Shown here: piece by piece, positions 40,462-47,974 of the stretch
How the letters are laid out: each line of letters starts with the position of its first letter
Numbering within the stretch: position 1 is the first letter of the stretch
NCBI GenBank assembly: GCA_031401495.1
Contig: JANNRQ010000021.1
Coordinates: 99-64,098, forward strand
Reading direction: 5' to 3'
Source: Gemmatimonadota bacterium
Lineage (GTDB): Bacteria; Gemmatimonadota; Gemmatimonadetes; Gemmatimonadales; Gemmatimonadaceae
DNA length: 64,000 nt
The notes under the pieces: model-generated
The model's input: the letters and a program-made list of their open reading frames with translations, nothing else
Told to the model about the DNA's origin: nothing
Database searches by the model: none
Program-made: the position numbers and the translations under genes

Positions 40462-40486
40462 ACGAAGCACGAAGCACGAAGCACGA
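40462..40486 (+). repeat. Tandem heptanucleotide repeat (ACGAAGC x 3.5)
   Basis: ACGAAGC ACGAAGC ACGAAGC ACGA fills most of the gap between the MATE stop (40487) and the DUF2461 gene. Complementary GTGCTT(C) copies lie at 40441-40447 and 40427-40432, the latter abutting the SD. Confidence 0.85.
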
Positions 40487-41953
40487 TCAGTGTGCCAACT
40501 CAACCTTGATCGACCGCCACCTGCCCCGACGAAACGTCCACACCGAAAGGGCGCACCGCGTCATGTGCCCGACCAGGATCGCAATCCAGATGTCCATGGC
40601 TTCCAGCGTGCCCGTCTGCTGGATGACGAACACGATCGACAGTGGGACGAAGATCTGTGAAACGATGGAGATGTAGAGTGGGCTCTTCGTATCGCCCGTG
40701 CCCTGAAGCCCGCCGGTGTACGTGAGGGCCACCGCGATGAACAGGCCCGACACGCTCAGGACGCGCAGCAATTGCACGCCAATCGCGACCACGTTCTCGT
40801 CCTGCATGCCGAAGGCAAGGAGCAACTGGCGTGGAAAGAAGAAGAATGCCAGCCCCACGACTGAGGCGGTGACGAGAGCGATGCGTGCCGCGGTGTGCAC
40901 GGCTTGATCGGCACGGTCCGGGTTCTTGGCGCCCAGGTTCTGGCCGGCCACCGCTGCGGCTGCACCCATGAGGCCAACGGAAGTCCATGTCACCAGCGAG
41001 AAGAGCTGCGTGTACGAGACCGCGAACGCAGCCTGCGCCGCGGCGCTCTGCGCCAGCGATCCGATGAACGCGAGCATGAACACGCCGCCGACGTTCATCG
41101 CGATACCCTGTATGCCCGTGGGGAGTCCGAACTGGAACAGCGACTTGATGATGCTCCAGTCTGGCGCGTAGCCCTGGCCCTTGGGGAAGCCGATGACCCA
41201 GCCGCCCCGCGTCAGTCGGTACAGCGCGAACAGCGCCAGCGATCCGGACGCGAGGCACGTGCCGATCGCAGCGCCCTTGGTGCCGAACGCGGGAATGGGG
41301 CCGAGTCCGCGAATGAAGATCACGTTGAACGTGATGTTGAGCGCGGTGAGGGCAATGCCCAGCATCATTCCCGTGCGCGCATCACCGGCGGAGCGCAGCG
41401 CGCCGCCGAGCATGAAGAAGATCATCATGCCGCTGGACCCGACGAACATGATACGAAGGAACGGCAGCGCTTCGGCTTTCACCTCAGGCGCGGCGTTCAC
41501 AAGGTCCAGCAGGTACGGCGCGAGGAAGTATCCGATTGGCGCCAGGATGAGCAGGGACATGCCCATCGCCGTTAGGAACGCCTGGTACACGACGCGGTCC
41601 ACCTTCTCGTGGTCATTGGCGCCGGTGAAGCGCGCCACCAGCACGCTCATGCCGCTGAAGATGGACGCCACGAACACGATGACGACGAGAAAGATTTGCC
41701 ACGACACGCCAATCGCCGCGTTGCCGCGGAAGCCGACGAAGTTGCCGACGAGGACGTGGTCGATCATGCCCTGGAGGCCGCCGATGACGTTCGTGAGCAT
41801 CGTGGGCCACGCGATCTTCCAGACGGCGGGCGTTAGCGGGCCTTCGACGATCGATCGGTCGTACTTCCGGCTGGGCCGCGCCGGCGTGCCTGCGGCGGGC
41901 GTGGACGAGTTGGCCGTGGTCGACGCGCTGGTGGACGGTTGATTCACGCCCAC
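40487..41953 (-). CDS. MATE family efflux transporter
   Basis: 488 aa with about 12 TM segments. The N-terminal motif WKIAWPTMLTNVIGGLQGMIDHVLVG is typical of MATE/NorM-like proteins. Confidence 0.9.
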   Translation of the reverse strand: MGVNQPSTSASTTANSSTPAAGTPARPSRKYDRSIVEGPLTPAVWKIAWPTMLTNVIGGLQGMIDHVLVGNFVGFRGNAAIGVSWQIFLVVIVFVASIFSGMSVLVARFTGANDHEKVDRVVYQAFLTAMGMSLLILAPIGYFLAPYLLDLVNAAPEVKAEALPFLRIMFVGSSGMMIFFMLGGALRSAGDARTGMMLGIALTALNITFNVIFIRGLGPIPAFGTKGAAIGTCLASGSLALFALYRLTRGGWVIGFPKGQGYAPDWSIIKSLFQFGLPTGIQGIAMNVGGVFMLAFIGSLAQSAAAQAAFAVSYTQLFSLVTWTSVGLMGAAAAVAGQNLGAKNPDRADQAVHTAARIALVTASVVGLAFFFFPRQLLLAFGMQDENVVAIGVQLLRVLSVSGLFIAVALTYTGGLQGTGDTKSPLYISIVSQIFVPLSIVFVIQQTGTLEAMDIWIAILVGHMTRCALSVWTFRRGRWRSIKVELAH

Positions 41954-41987
41954 AATCTATTGTTCAACGCGAGGTGGTGTCGCTTGG

Positions 41988-44900
41988 TTACGGCAAGATC
42001 ACCGCGGTCGGCGTATTGGTGGTTGTCGTCGTGCCATCACCGTTCTGGCCGATGCTGTTCAGGCCCCAGCAATACAACCTCAAGCCGCCCTTGATTCCGC
42101 AGCTCCGGTCCGAGCCGACCGAAATCCTCGTCAGAATCGGATCACCGGGCATGGACGCCGGGTCGAGCTTGTCCGTGTTCGTGCCGCCGGTGCCGAGCTG
42201 CCCGTTGCTGTGCGCGCCCCAGCAGTAGGGAATGCCCGAGGCGAACGTCACGCAGGTGGAGTTTCCGCCGGCAGCAGCAGACGTGGCCGTGTGCACTCCC
42301 AGGAACGGCTCCGTTGGAGAGAGCGCGTTGGCAGTGGAATTGACACCGATTTGGCCATTTGAGCCGCTACCCCAGCACTTGATCCTGCTGGCGTTCGTGA
42401 TTCCGCAGGAATGGTTGGCGCCGACTGATAGTGCGGTGAAGACAAGGCCGCCGGTGACGGCTACTGGAGCTGTCTCAGAACTCGGGGTTGCCGATCCGGT
42501 GCCCAGTTGCCCGAGTACGTTCGAGCCCCAACACCACGCGGCGCCGCCGGAATCGAGCCCGCACGAATGTGCAGTGCCGGCTCCGATGGTCGTGAACGTG
42601 TGACTGCCGGAGACGAGAGTCGGCGACAACCGTCGTGTGCCGGCGCCATCGCCGATTTGGCCGTCGGAACCAGTGCCCCAGCAGTAGCCGAGCCCCGTTG
42701 TAACGGTCACGCCGCAGGTATGCTGCGCACCGGTGCTGATCATGTTGAAGGCGAGGCTGCCCGTGACTGCGGTCGGCGACGTCAGTGTCGTCCCCGTGGC
42801 GCCACCGTGGCCGGCGGCTCCGTATGAGTCGAGTCCCCAACAGTAGGCCGCGCCGGCCGCGGTCAGTCCGCACGCGAGCTTGTTCATGGTGAGTTTGCCT
42901 ACCGTCGTGGCGAATGTCAGCCCTCCGGCGACGGCGACCGGCGACGTCTGCGTCGCTGACGACGCACTGCCGTTGCCGAGCAGGCCTTCGGCGTCAGAGC
43001 CGAAGCAGTACATCTTGCCGCCGGTGGTGACGCCGCACGTGGCTTCGGTGCTCACAGCGACTTGCTTGAACATGTCCACCGAGAATTGCACCGGGCTTCC
43101 GGTCAGGCTGCCCGATGTTGCCGTCAGCGTGTTGGCGACTTCCGTGCCGCCCATGGTCCAGTCGCTGAGCGCGGCGACGCCGCTTGCGTTGGTCGTCCTG
43201 ATGGCGCTGCCAGTGAAGCTCCCTGCGCCGCCGGTAATTGCAAACGTCACGTCTACGCCGCTCACGCCGTTGTTGTTGGCATCAACGACCTTCACGCTTG
43301 GCGGCGTTGTCACGCTGGCGGAAACGAAGGACAGCGAACTCCCCGCATTGAAGAGGATCGACGCCGGCGCGCCAGCGGTGCCCGTGGCTGAGAACGTGAC
43401 CGGTGAACCGGTGAGCCCGGTCACTGTCGCCGTCAGCGTGTTGGTTCCCGCAGTGGTGCCAAGTGTCCAGCCGCCGACGCTGGCAATACCGCTCGCGTTG
43501 GTCGCCGCTGTGGCGTTCGTGCGCGAGCCGCCGCCGATGCCTGGGGTGAACGTCACGGTCACACCGCTCTTGGGATTGTTGTGCACGTCCTTCACGATCA
43601 CCGTGGGCACGGTGGTGACGGCGCTGCCCGCAACGGCTGTCTGCCCGTTGCCGGCATTGATCGCGATCTGCGTCGCGTTGCCAGCCGTGGCGGTTGCTGT
43701 GAACGTCACGGGCGAGCCGGTCAAGCCGGTGGACGTTGCGGTGAGGGTGTGAACTCCCGCAGTCGTGCTCATCGTCCAGCTGCCGACCGTCGCGATGCCG
43801 CCGGAACTGGTCACGCCGGTGGCCTCGGTGATCTGTCCACCGCCGCTTCCGATCGCCCATGTGACCGTCGTGCCGGCGCCGACAGGGATGCCGTTGGCGT
43901 CCTTCACGATGACGCTTGGGCTGATCTGGATTGTCTCGCCGACGACTGCGGTTTCGTTGTTCCCGGCATTGACCGCCATCTGCGTCGCGGCGCCACCGTG
44001 GGCGGTAGCGGCGAACGTCACAGAGGTACCGATGGGGCCGGTCAGGATCGCCGTGAATTCATTCTGTCCGGCGGCTGGACCCAGCGTCCAATTTCCGGGG
44101 GTAGCGATGCCGCTGGCGTTCGACGTGGCGGCAAGGGCGTCAAGCGAGCCGCCGCCAGAAGTGACGGCGAACGTCACGCTAGCGCCGGGAACGGTGTTGA
44201 AATTCGCGTCATACACGGTCACGCTCGGCGCAATCGTCACCTTCGTTCCGACGACAGCAGTCTGACCGTGTCCGGCCGAGACGCGCTGCAATTGTGTCGC
44301 CGCGCCCGCCGTGATGTTGAACGTGGAGCCTGTCGTCGATGTGAGACCGGTGGCCGCGGCAGAAAGCACAAAGCCGGTCGCGGCCTTGTTGATCGAGAGG
44401 CCGCTGAACGATGCAATGCCGCTCACGGCGGCGACCGTCTTGGTTCCGCTGAGCACCGCGGTGACGCCGCTGGGATCTGTTGCGATCGCCAGCGTGATGC
44501 TGTTGGTGGCGCCTGTCACGGTGTTGCCCTGCGCGTCCTGTACCGCGACCTGAATCGACGGTGCAATGGAAGTGGCAGCCACCGAATTGCTCGCGTTGAC
44601 AGTGAACGCGAGTTTCGCTGCGGCGCCGACGCTGATATCGAACGCAGTCGTCACCGCCGTCGTCAGCCCCGTTGCCGTGGCGCTGAGCGTGTAGCCGGTC
44701 CCGGCTTTGCTGATTGCGAGGTCTGTGAACGTCGCCACCCCACTGGACGCCGCCTTTGACACTGTTCCGCCAAGCGTCGCTCCGGCGGCACCTGTGCCGC
44801 TCGTAATCGCGATCGCAATGCTGTTGCTCGCGGTCGGGATTGGATTGGAGAACGCATCCTGGACGGCGACTTGGATGCCGGGGCTGATCACGGCACCAGC

Positions 44901-45692
44901 GACGACGCCGGCGGGTTGTACGGCAATCGCCAACTTCGCGGCTGCTCCGGGTGAGACCGTGATTGCGTTTGACGTTGCACTGGTCAGGCCGGCAGCCGTT
45001 GCCGAGAGAGTGTAACCGCTGGCAGCCTTGTCAATCGTGAGGGTGCTGAACGTTGCGACGCCACTCGCGGCGGGCGCAGTCGCGGTGCCCCCAAGCGCCG
45101 CTCCCGCCGCGCCGGTGCCGCTGGTGATCGCGATCGTGACGCTGGTCGTGGCGGTTGTCACGGTGTTGGACAGTGCATCTTGAATTGTGACTTGGACGCC
45201 GGGACTGACCGCCGCGCCGGCAGCCGTGTTGGTCGGCTGCGTCGTGACAGCGAGCTTCGCTGCTGCTCCGGGCGACACTGCAAACACCGGGCTCGTCACG
45301 CTAGTGAGTCCCGTTGCGGTGACCGTCAGCTGATATCCCGCGCCCGCCTTGTCGATGCTGAGGCCGGTGAACGTCGCGACGCCGGCCGCGGCAGTCACGG
45401 TGAGCGTGCCGCTCAGTGTCGCGCCGGCCACACCGGTGCCGGTGGCGATAGCGACGCTGACCGATCCCGATGCGCTTGTAACCGTGGCGCCGGCATCATC
45501 CGTAAGCCGCAGTTGCAGCGCCATAGGCACGCCCGCCACCACATTCGCGAGTGCGGTCTCGATGGCCAGCTTCGTGGCTACGGGGTCCGGAGCGGTTGAG
45601 TCTTTTCCGCAGGTGATGCCCGTTGCAAGGGCGAACGCGATGGCCGTTGCCCGAGCCAGTCGCTGCATCGCGAGAGAGCGTCGTGTTTCCAT
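41988..45692 (-). CDS. Large surface lipoprotein: about 8 Ig-like (Big-type) domains plus a C-terminal 7-bladed RCC1-like propeller
   Basis: The lipoprotein-like N-terminus ends in GITCGKD. There are four units of about 105 aa of the type AAKLA..QP....AG....P.IQV.VQDA..N.V........I.I..GTG.AGA.L.GT......GVATF..L.I.KA..GY.L.A.A.GL, then four units of a second Ig-like type. These are followed by repeated C(W/F)G.(G/N/D)..GQ(L/I/N)G.G RCC1 blades. Confidence 0.85.
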   Translation of the reverse strand: METRRSLAMQRLARATAIAFALATGITCGKDSTAPDPVATKLAIETALANVVAGVPMALQLRLTDDAGATVTSASGSVSVAIATGTGVAGATLSGTLTVTAAAGVATFTGLSIDKAGAGYQLTVTATGLTSVTSPVFAVSPGAAAKLAVTTQPTNTAAGAAVSPGVQVTIQDALSNTVTTATTSVTIAITSGTGAAGAALGGTATAPAASGVATFSTLTIDKAASGYTLSATAAGLTSATSNAITVSPGAAAKLAIAVQPAGVVAGAVISPGIQVAVQDAFSNPIPTASNSIAIAITSGTGAAGATLGGTVSKAASSGVATFTDLAISKAGTGYTLSATATGLTTAVTTAFDISVGAAAKLAFTVNASNSVAATSIAPSIQVAVQDAQGNTVTGATNSITLAIATDPSGVTAVLSGTKTVAAVSGIASFSGLSINKAATGFVLSAAATGLTSTTGSTFNITAGAATQLQRVSAGHGQTAVVGTKVTIAPSVTVYDANFNTVPGASVTFAVTSGGGSLDALAATSNASGIATPGNWTLGPAAGQNEFTAILTGPIGTSVTFAATAHGGAATQMAVNAGNNETAVVGETIQISPSVIVKDANGIPVGAGTTVTWAIGSGGGQITEATGVTSSGGIATVGSWTMSTTAGVHTLTATSTGLTGSPVTFTATATAGNATQIAINAGNGQTAVAGSAVTTVPTVIVKDVHNNPKSGVTVTFTPGIGGGSRTNATAATNASGIASVGGWTLGTTAGTNTLTATVTGLTGSPVTFSATGTAGAPASILFNAGSSLSFVSASVTTPPSVKVVDANNNGVSGVDVTFAITGGAGSFTGSAIRTTNASGVAALSDWTMGGTEVANTLTATSGSLTGSPVQFSVDMFKQVAVSTEATCGVTTGGKMYCFGSDAEGLLGNGSASSATQTSPVAVAGGLTFATTVGKLTMNKLACGLTAAGAAYCWGLDSYGAAGHGGATGTTLTSPTAVTGSLAFNMISTGAQHTCGVTVTTGLGYCWGTGSDGQIGDGAGTRRLSPTLVSGSHTFTTIGAGTAHSCGLDSGGAAWCWGSNVLGQLGTGSATPSSETAPVAVTGGLVFTALSVGANHSCGITNASRIKCWGSGSNGQIGVNSTANALSPTEPFLGVHTATSAAAGGNSTCVTFASGIPYCWGAHSNGQLGTGGTNTDKLDPASMPGDPILTRISVGSDRSCGIKGGLRLYCWGLNSIGQNGDGTTTTTNTPTAVILP

Positions 45693-45840
45693 TTGGCGAA
45701 CCTACGGTGCGGCCTTCGAAGTGCAACCGCAGCGGTGACAGTTGAGTGGCGGCGCCGGTCCTCAGGGCACGAAGTAGCTCGTGGTCATTCTTGTTGCCCG
45801 TTGGCAGGAGTCGCGGTCTGTATTTCTTCACCAACCATCG

Positions 45841-46263
45841 TCAGCCCGCGCTTGTGGAACGGCGATGAATAAGGCCAAGGAGCGCGCCGAACACCGCGAA
45901 CTGCACCAGGGCTGAGCTCAGCTCAACCACGAACCAGGAACTCACCGAAGGCACCGCGTACTTGCCGGCCTCGCCCAGCACGATGTACGACGCGAGGAAC
46001 GCGCCGATGGTGAGTGAGAAGACGACTCCACTCTTGACGGGGCTCTCGGCGCGCCGAAACACAGGGAAGAGCCACGCGAAAATCAGTCCCTGGATCAGCA
46101 TCGCCGTGATGCCGAGCGGGACCAGCGGCTCCGGCCGCATGATGGAGATGGCGGCGTAGTGGTCCTTGTTGATGGCGAAGTGCGACGTGCCCTGCACGCC
46201 GAACGTCGAGACAACGTAGGCAAGGACGGTGGTCGCGACGGTGAGCGGTTTGCGGGATTCCAT
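45841..46263 (-). CDS. Hypothetical integral membrane protein (4 TM)
   Basis: Start taken at ATG 46263 (MESRKPLTV...). Four hydrophobic helices. Transcribed divergently from the HxlR regulator gene. Confidence 0.6.
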   Translation of the reverse strand: MESRKPLTVATTVLAYVVSTFGVQGTSHFAINKDHYAAISIMRPEPLVPLGITAMLIQGLIFAWLFPVFRRAESPVKSGVVFSLTIGAFLASYIVLGEAGKYAVPSVSSWFVVELSSALVQFAVFGALLGLIHRRSTSAG

Positions 46264-46306
46264 GGGCTTGGTTCCGGTGGGGTTGTCTCCGGCGAAGGTA
46301 CGACTA

Positions 46307-46327
46307 TAACTTGCATCATGCAAGTAA
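46307..46327. promoter_or_regulatory. Palindromic candidate operator (ACTTGCAT-c-ATGCAAGT) in the HxlR / membrane-protein divergent region
   Basis: Perfect 8+1+8 palindrome at 46309-46325, extendable with one mismatch. It is centred 15 nt upstream of the HxlR ATG. Confidence 0.55.
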
Positions 46328-46331
46328 CGGC

Positions 46332-46748
46332 ATGAAGCGGACCGAGCGCCGGTCCGACTGCCCGGTCAACTTCGCCCTCCAGATGTTCGGTGACGCGTGG
46401 AGCCTGTTGGTCATTCGCGACCTGATGTTCACCGAACGGCGCACTTACTCCGACTTCCTTGGCGCCGAGGAGGGTATGGCGACCAATATTCTGGCGGACC
46501 GCCTAGAGCGGCTCCAGCACGCGGAACTCATCAAGCGCGAAGGAGAGGGGAAGGGCGCCATGTATGGGCTCACGAAAAAGGGGCTCGATTTGCTGCCGGC
46601 CATGCTGGAGTTCGTTTCATGGTCCGCCCGCTATGACAGCGAGACCGCAGCGCCCAAGCCCTTCGTGGCTCGAATCCGGAAGGACCCCTCCGGCGTTGCC
46701 ACGGAACTGCGAAAACACCTCGTCCGCCGGTACGGCCTGGCCCGGTAG
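46332..46748 (+). CDS. HxlR family winged-helix transcriptional regulator
   Basis: CPVNFALQMFGDAWSLLVIRDLMF..RTYSDFL....GMATNILADRLERLQHAELI is the canonical HxlR pattern. Start taken at ATG 46332. Confidence 0.85.
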   Translation: MKRTERRSDCPVNFALQMFGDAWSLLVIRDLMFTERRTYSDFLGAEEGMATNILADRLERLQHAELIKREGEGKGAMYGLTKKGLDLLPAMLEFVSWSARYDSETAAPKPFVARIRKDPSGVATELRKHLVRRYGLAR

Positions 46749-46844
46749 CGGGCCAACGTTTTCCATGACACGGACATAGGCTTGTTGTTTCTCGTGGCAG
46801 TCGCCGTTTGTGTCCGTGTGCCGTTGCGTTCGGCAGTTCGTTAC

Positions 46845-46873
46845 TTGACAGCTCGCGAGTAGTCCAATAACGT
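46845..46873 (+). promoter_or_regulatory. Candidate sigma-70-type promoter of the met operon (TTGACA-17 nt-TAACGT)
   Basis: A perfect -35 hexamer at 46845-46850, a 17-nt spacer, then a -10-like TAACGT at 46868-46873. It lies about 200 nt upstream of metX. Confidence 0.45.
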
Positions 46874-46948
46874 CAGCACACAATCGAAGTGGTTCGTGGT
46901 CATTTGCCGCTATTGCCGCCACGCTAAACAAGGTGCTAAAACGCGATT

Positions 46949-46987
46949 CGCCTGGCGGCTATCCATTCGCCCAGGCGTTTTCGTTTT
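46949..46987 (+). terminator. Intrinsic terminator/attenuator hairpin in the metX leader
   Basis: CGCCTGG (46949-55) pairs with CCAGGCG (46971-77), extendable by 2-3 bp, and is followed by TTTTCGTTTT (46978-87). It lies between the candidate promoter and the metX start. Confidence 0.6.
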
Positions 46988-47074
46988 ACCGGATCGTCGT
47001 CCCCATTCCGTGGTGACGACTTGCGATCCGCATTGCACCGGCGTGTCTGCGACAACGGCCCAGCTTGGGATGCA

Positions 47075-47974
47075 ATGCCAGTCGCCATACACACAACTGA
47101 AAGCAGTCGCAGCCTGATCACTCGTCCGACCGGTGCGCCGGTGGTCGTCGTGCTCGGCGGGATTTCCGCGAGCCGAGACGCCCGCAGCTGGTGGCCGGCG
47201 ATCGTGGGACACAAGCGCGCGGTGGACACACGCGGCTTTCGCGTGGTCGGCATGGATTGGCTCGACGGCGGCGAGGGTCGCGACGGCCGTCCGTTACGCG
47301 CGATCTCGACGCACGACCAAGCCGACGCACTCGCGGCGGTGCTCGACGAGCACGAGGTCCAGTCGCTGCACGCCATTGTCGGCGCGTCGTACGGCGGCAT
47401 GGTCGCGTTGGCGTTTGCGGATCGCTATCCGACGCGTGTCGAGCACGTGGTGGCCATCAGCGCACCAGCGCGCGCGCACCCGATGTCCACCGCGCTGCGA
47501 TCGATCCAGCGCCGCATCGTGGAACTCGGGCTCGAGACCGGTCGCGGTCGCGACGCGCTTGCAATCGCCCGGGGCCTCGCAATGACGACCTACCGGTCTG
47601 CGGAGGAATTCGGAGAGCGGTTCGCCGAAAGCCGAGACCCGAGAGCCGAGCGCTGTTCGGTCGAGAACTATTTGAAGCATCACGGTGGAAAGTTCGTCGA
47701 CGTGATGTCACCGGCGCGGTTTCTCGCGCTCTCGCATTCGGCAGACGCACACAGCGTCGATCCCACCCGCATTGCGACGCGCGCGACGTTTGTCGCTGCC
47801 CGCGGCGACACGATCGTGCCTATCGCGCAAATGGACGAACTTGCGGCGCGTTGGGCTGGCACGAGCCGCCTGATCGAGCTGCCAGCGCGCACCGGTCACG
47901 ATGCTTTTCTCGCGGAACCCGAACTCATTGGTCCCGTCCTCTACGACTCACTCAACGAGCCTGCCTTCACATGA
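47075..47974 (+). CDS. metX: Homoserine O-acyltransferase (MetX-type alpha/beta hydrolase)
   Basis: Nucleophile elbow GASYGGMVALAF, C-terminal HDAFL, and length and operon context with a CGS-like gene. The ATG at 47075 is preferred over the TTG at 47021. Acetyl versus succinyl specificity cannot be read from the sequence. Confidence 0.8.
   Translation: MPVAIHTTESSRSLITRPTGAPVVVVLGGISASRDARSWWPAIVGHKRAVDTRGFRVVGMDWLDGGEGRDGRPLRAISTHDQADALAAVLDEHEVQSLHAIVGASYGGMVALAFADRYPTRVEHVVAISAPARAHPMSTALRSIQRRIVELGLETGRGRDALAIARGLAMTTYRSAEEFGERFAESRDPRAERCSVENYLKHHGGKFVDVMSPARFLALSHSADAHSVDPTRIATRATFVAARGDTIVPIAQMDELAARWAGTSRLIELPARTGHDAFLAEPELIGPVLYDSLNEPAFT
47624..47651 (+). repeat. In-frame heptanucleotide repeat inside metX (GCCGAAA GCCGAGA CCCGAGA GCCGAGC)
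   Basis: Four 7-nt units, translated as AESRDPRAE. The unit family is the same as the intergenic array at 26548-26575. Confidence 0.7.

Noticed and set aside
46880-46948. Calling the metX leader a SAM-I (S-box) riboswitch because of AAGGUGCUAAAA.
   Set aside because: I could not find the other S-box core elements, such as the GAGGGA / GGCCC..UGA..CC..GCAACC segments, and the enclosed aptamer is too short. It is kept only as an unclassified candidate in the findings.
47191-47970. N-terminal 260 codons of the 1053-aa ORF 47191..50352, which would make a much longer fusion protein.
   Set aside because: This part is an alternative frame of metX and translates to Arg-rich low-complexity sequence. 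A clean ATG at 47971 overlaps the metX stop (ATGA), and homology-like sequence begins there.
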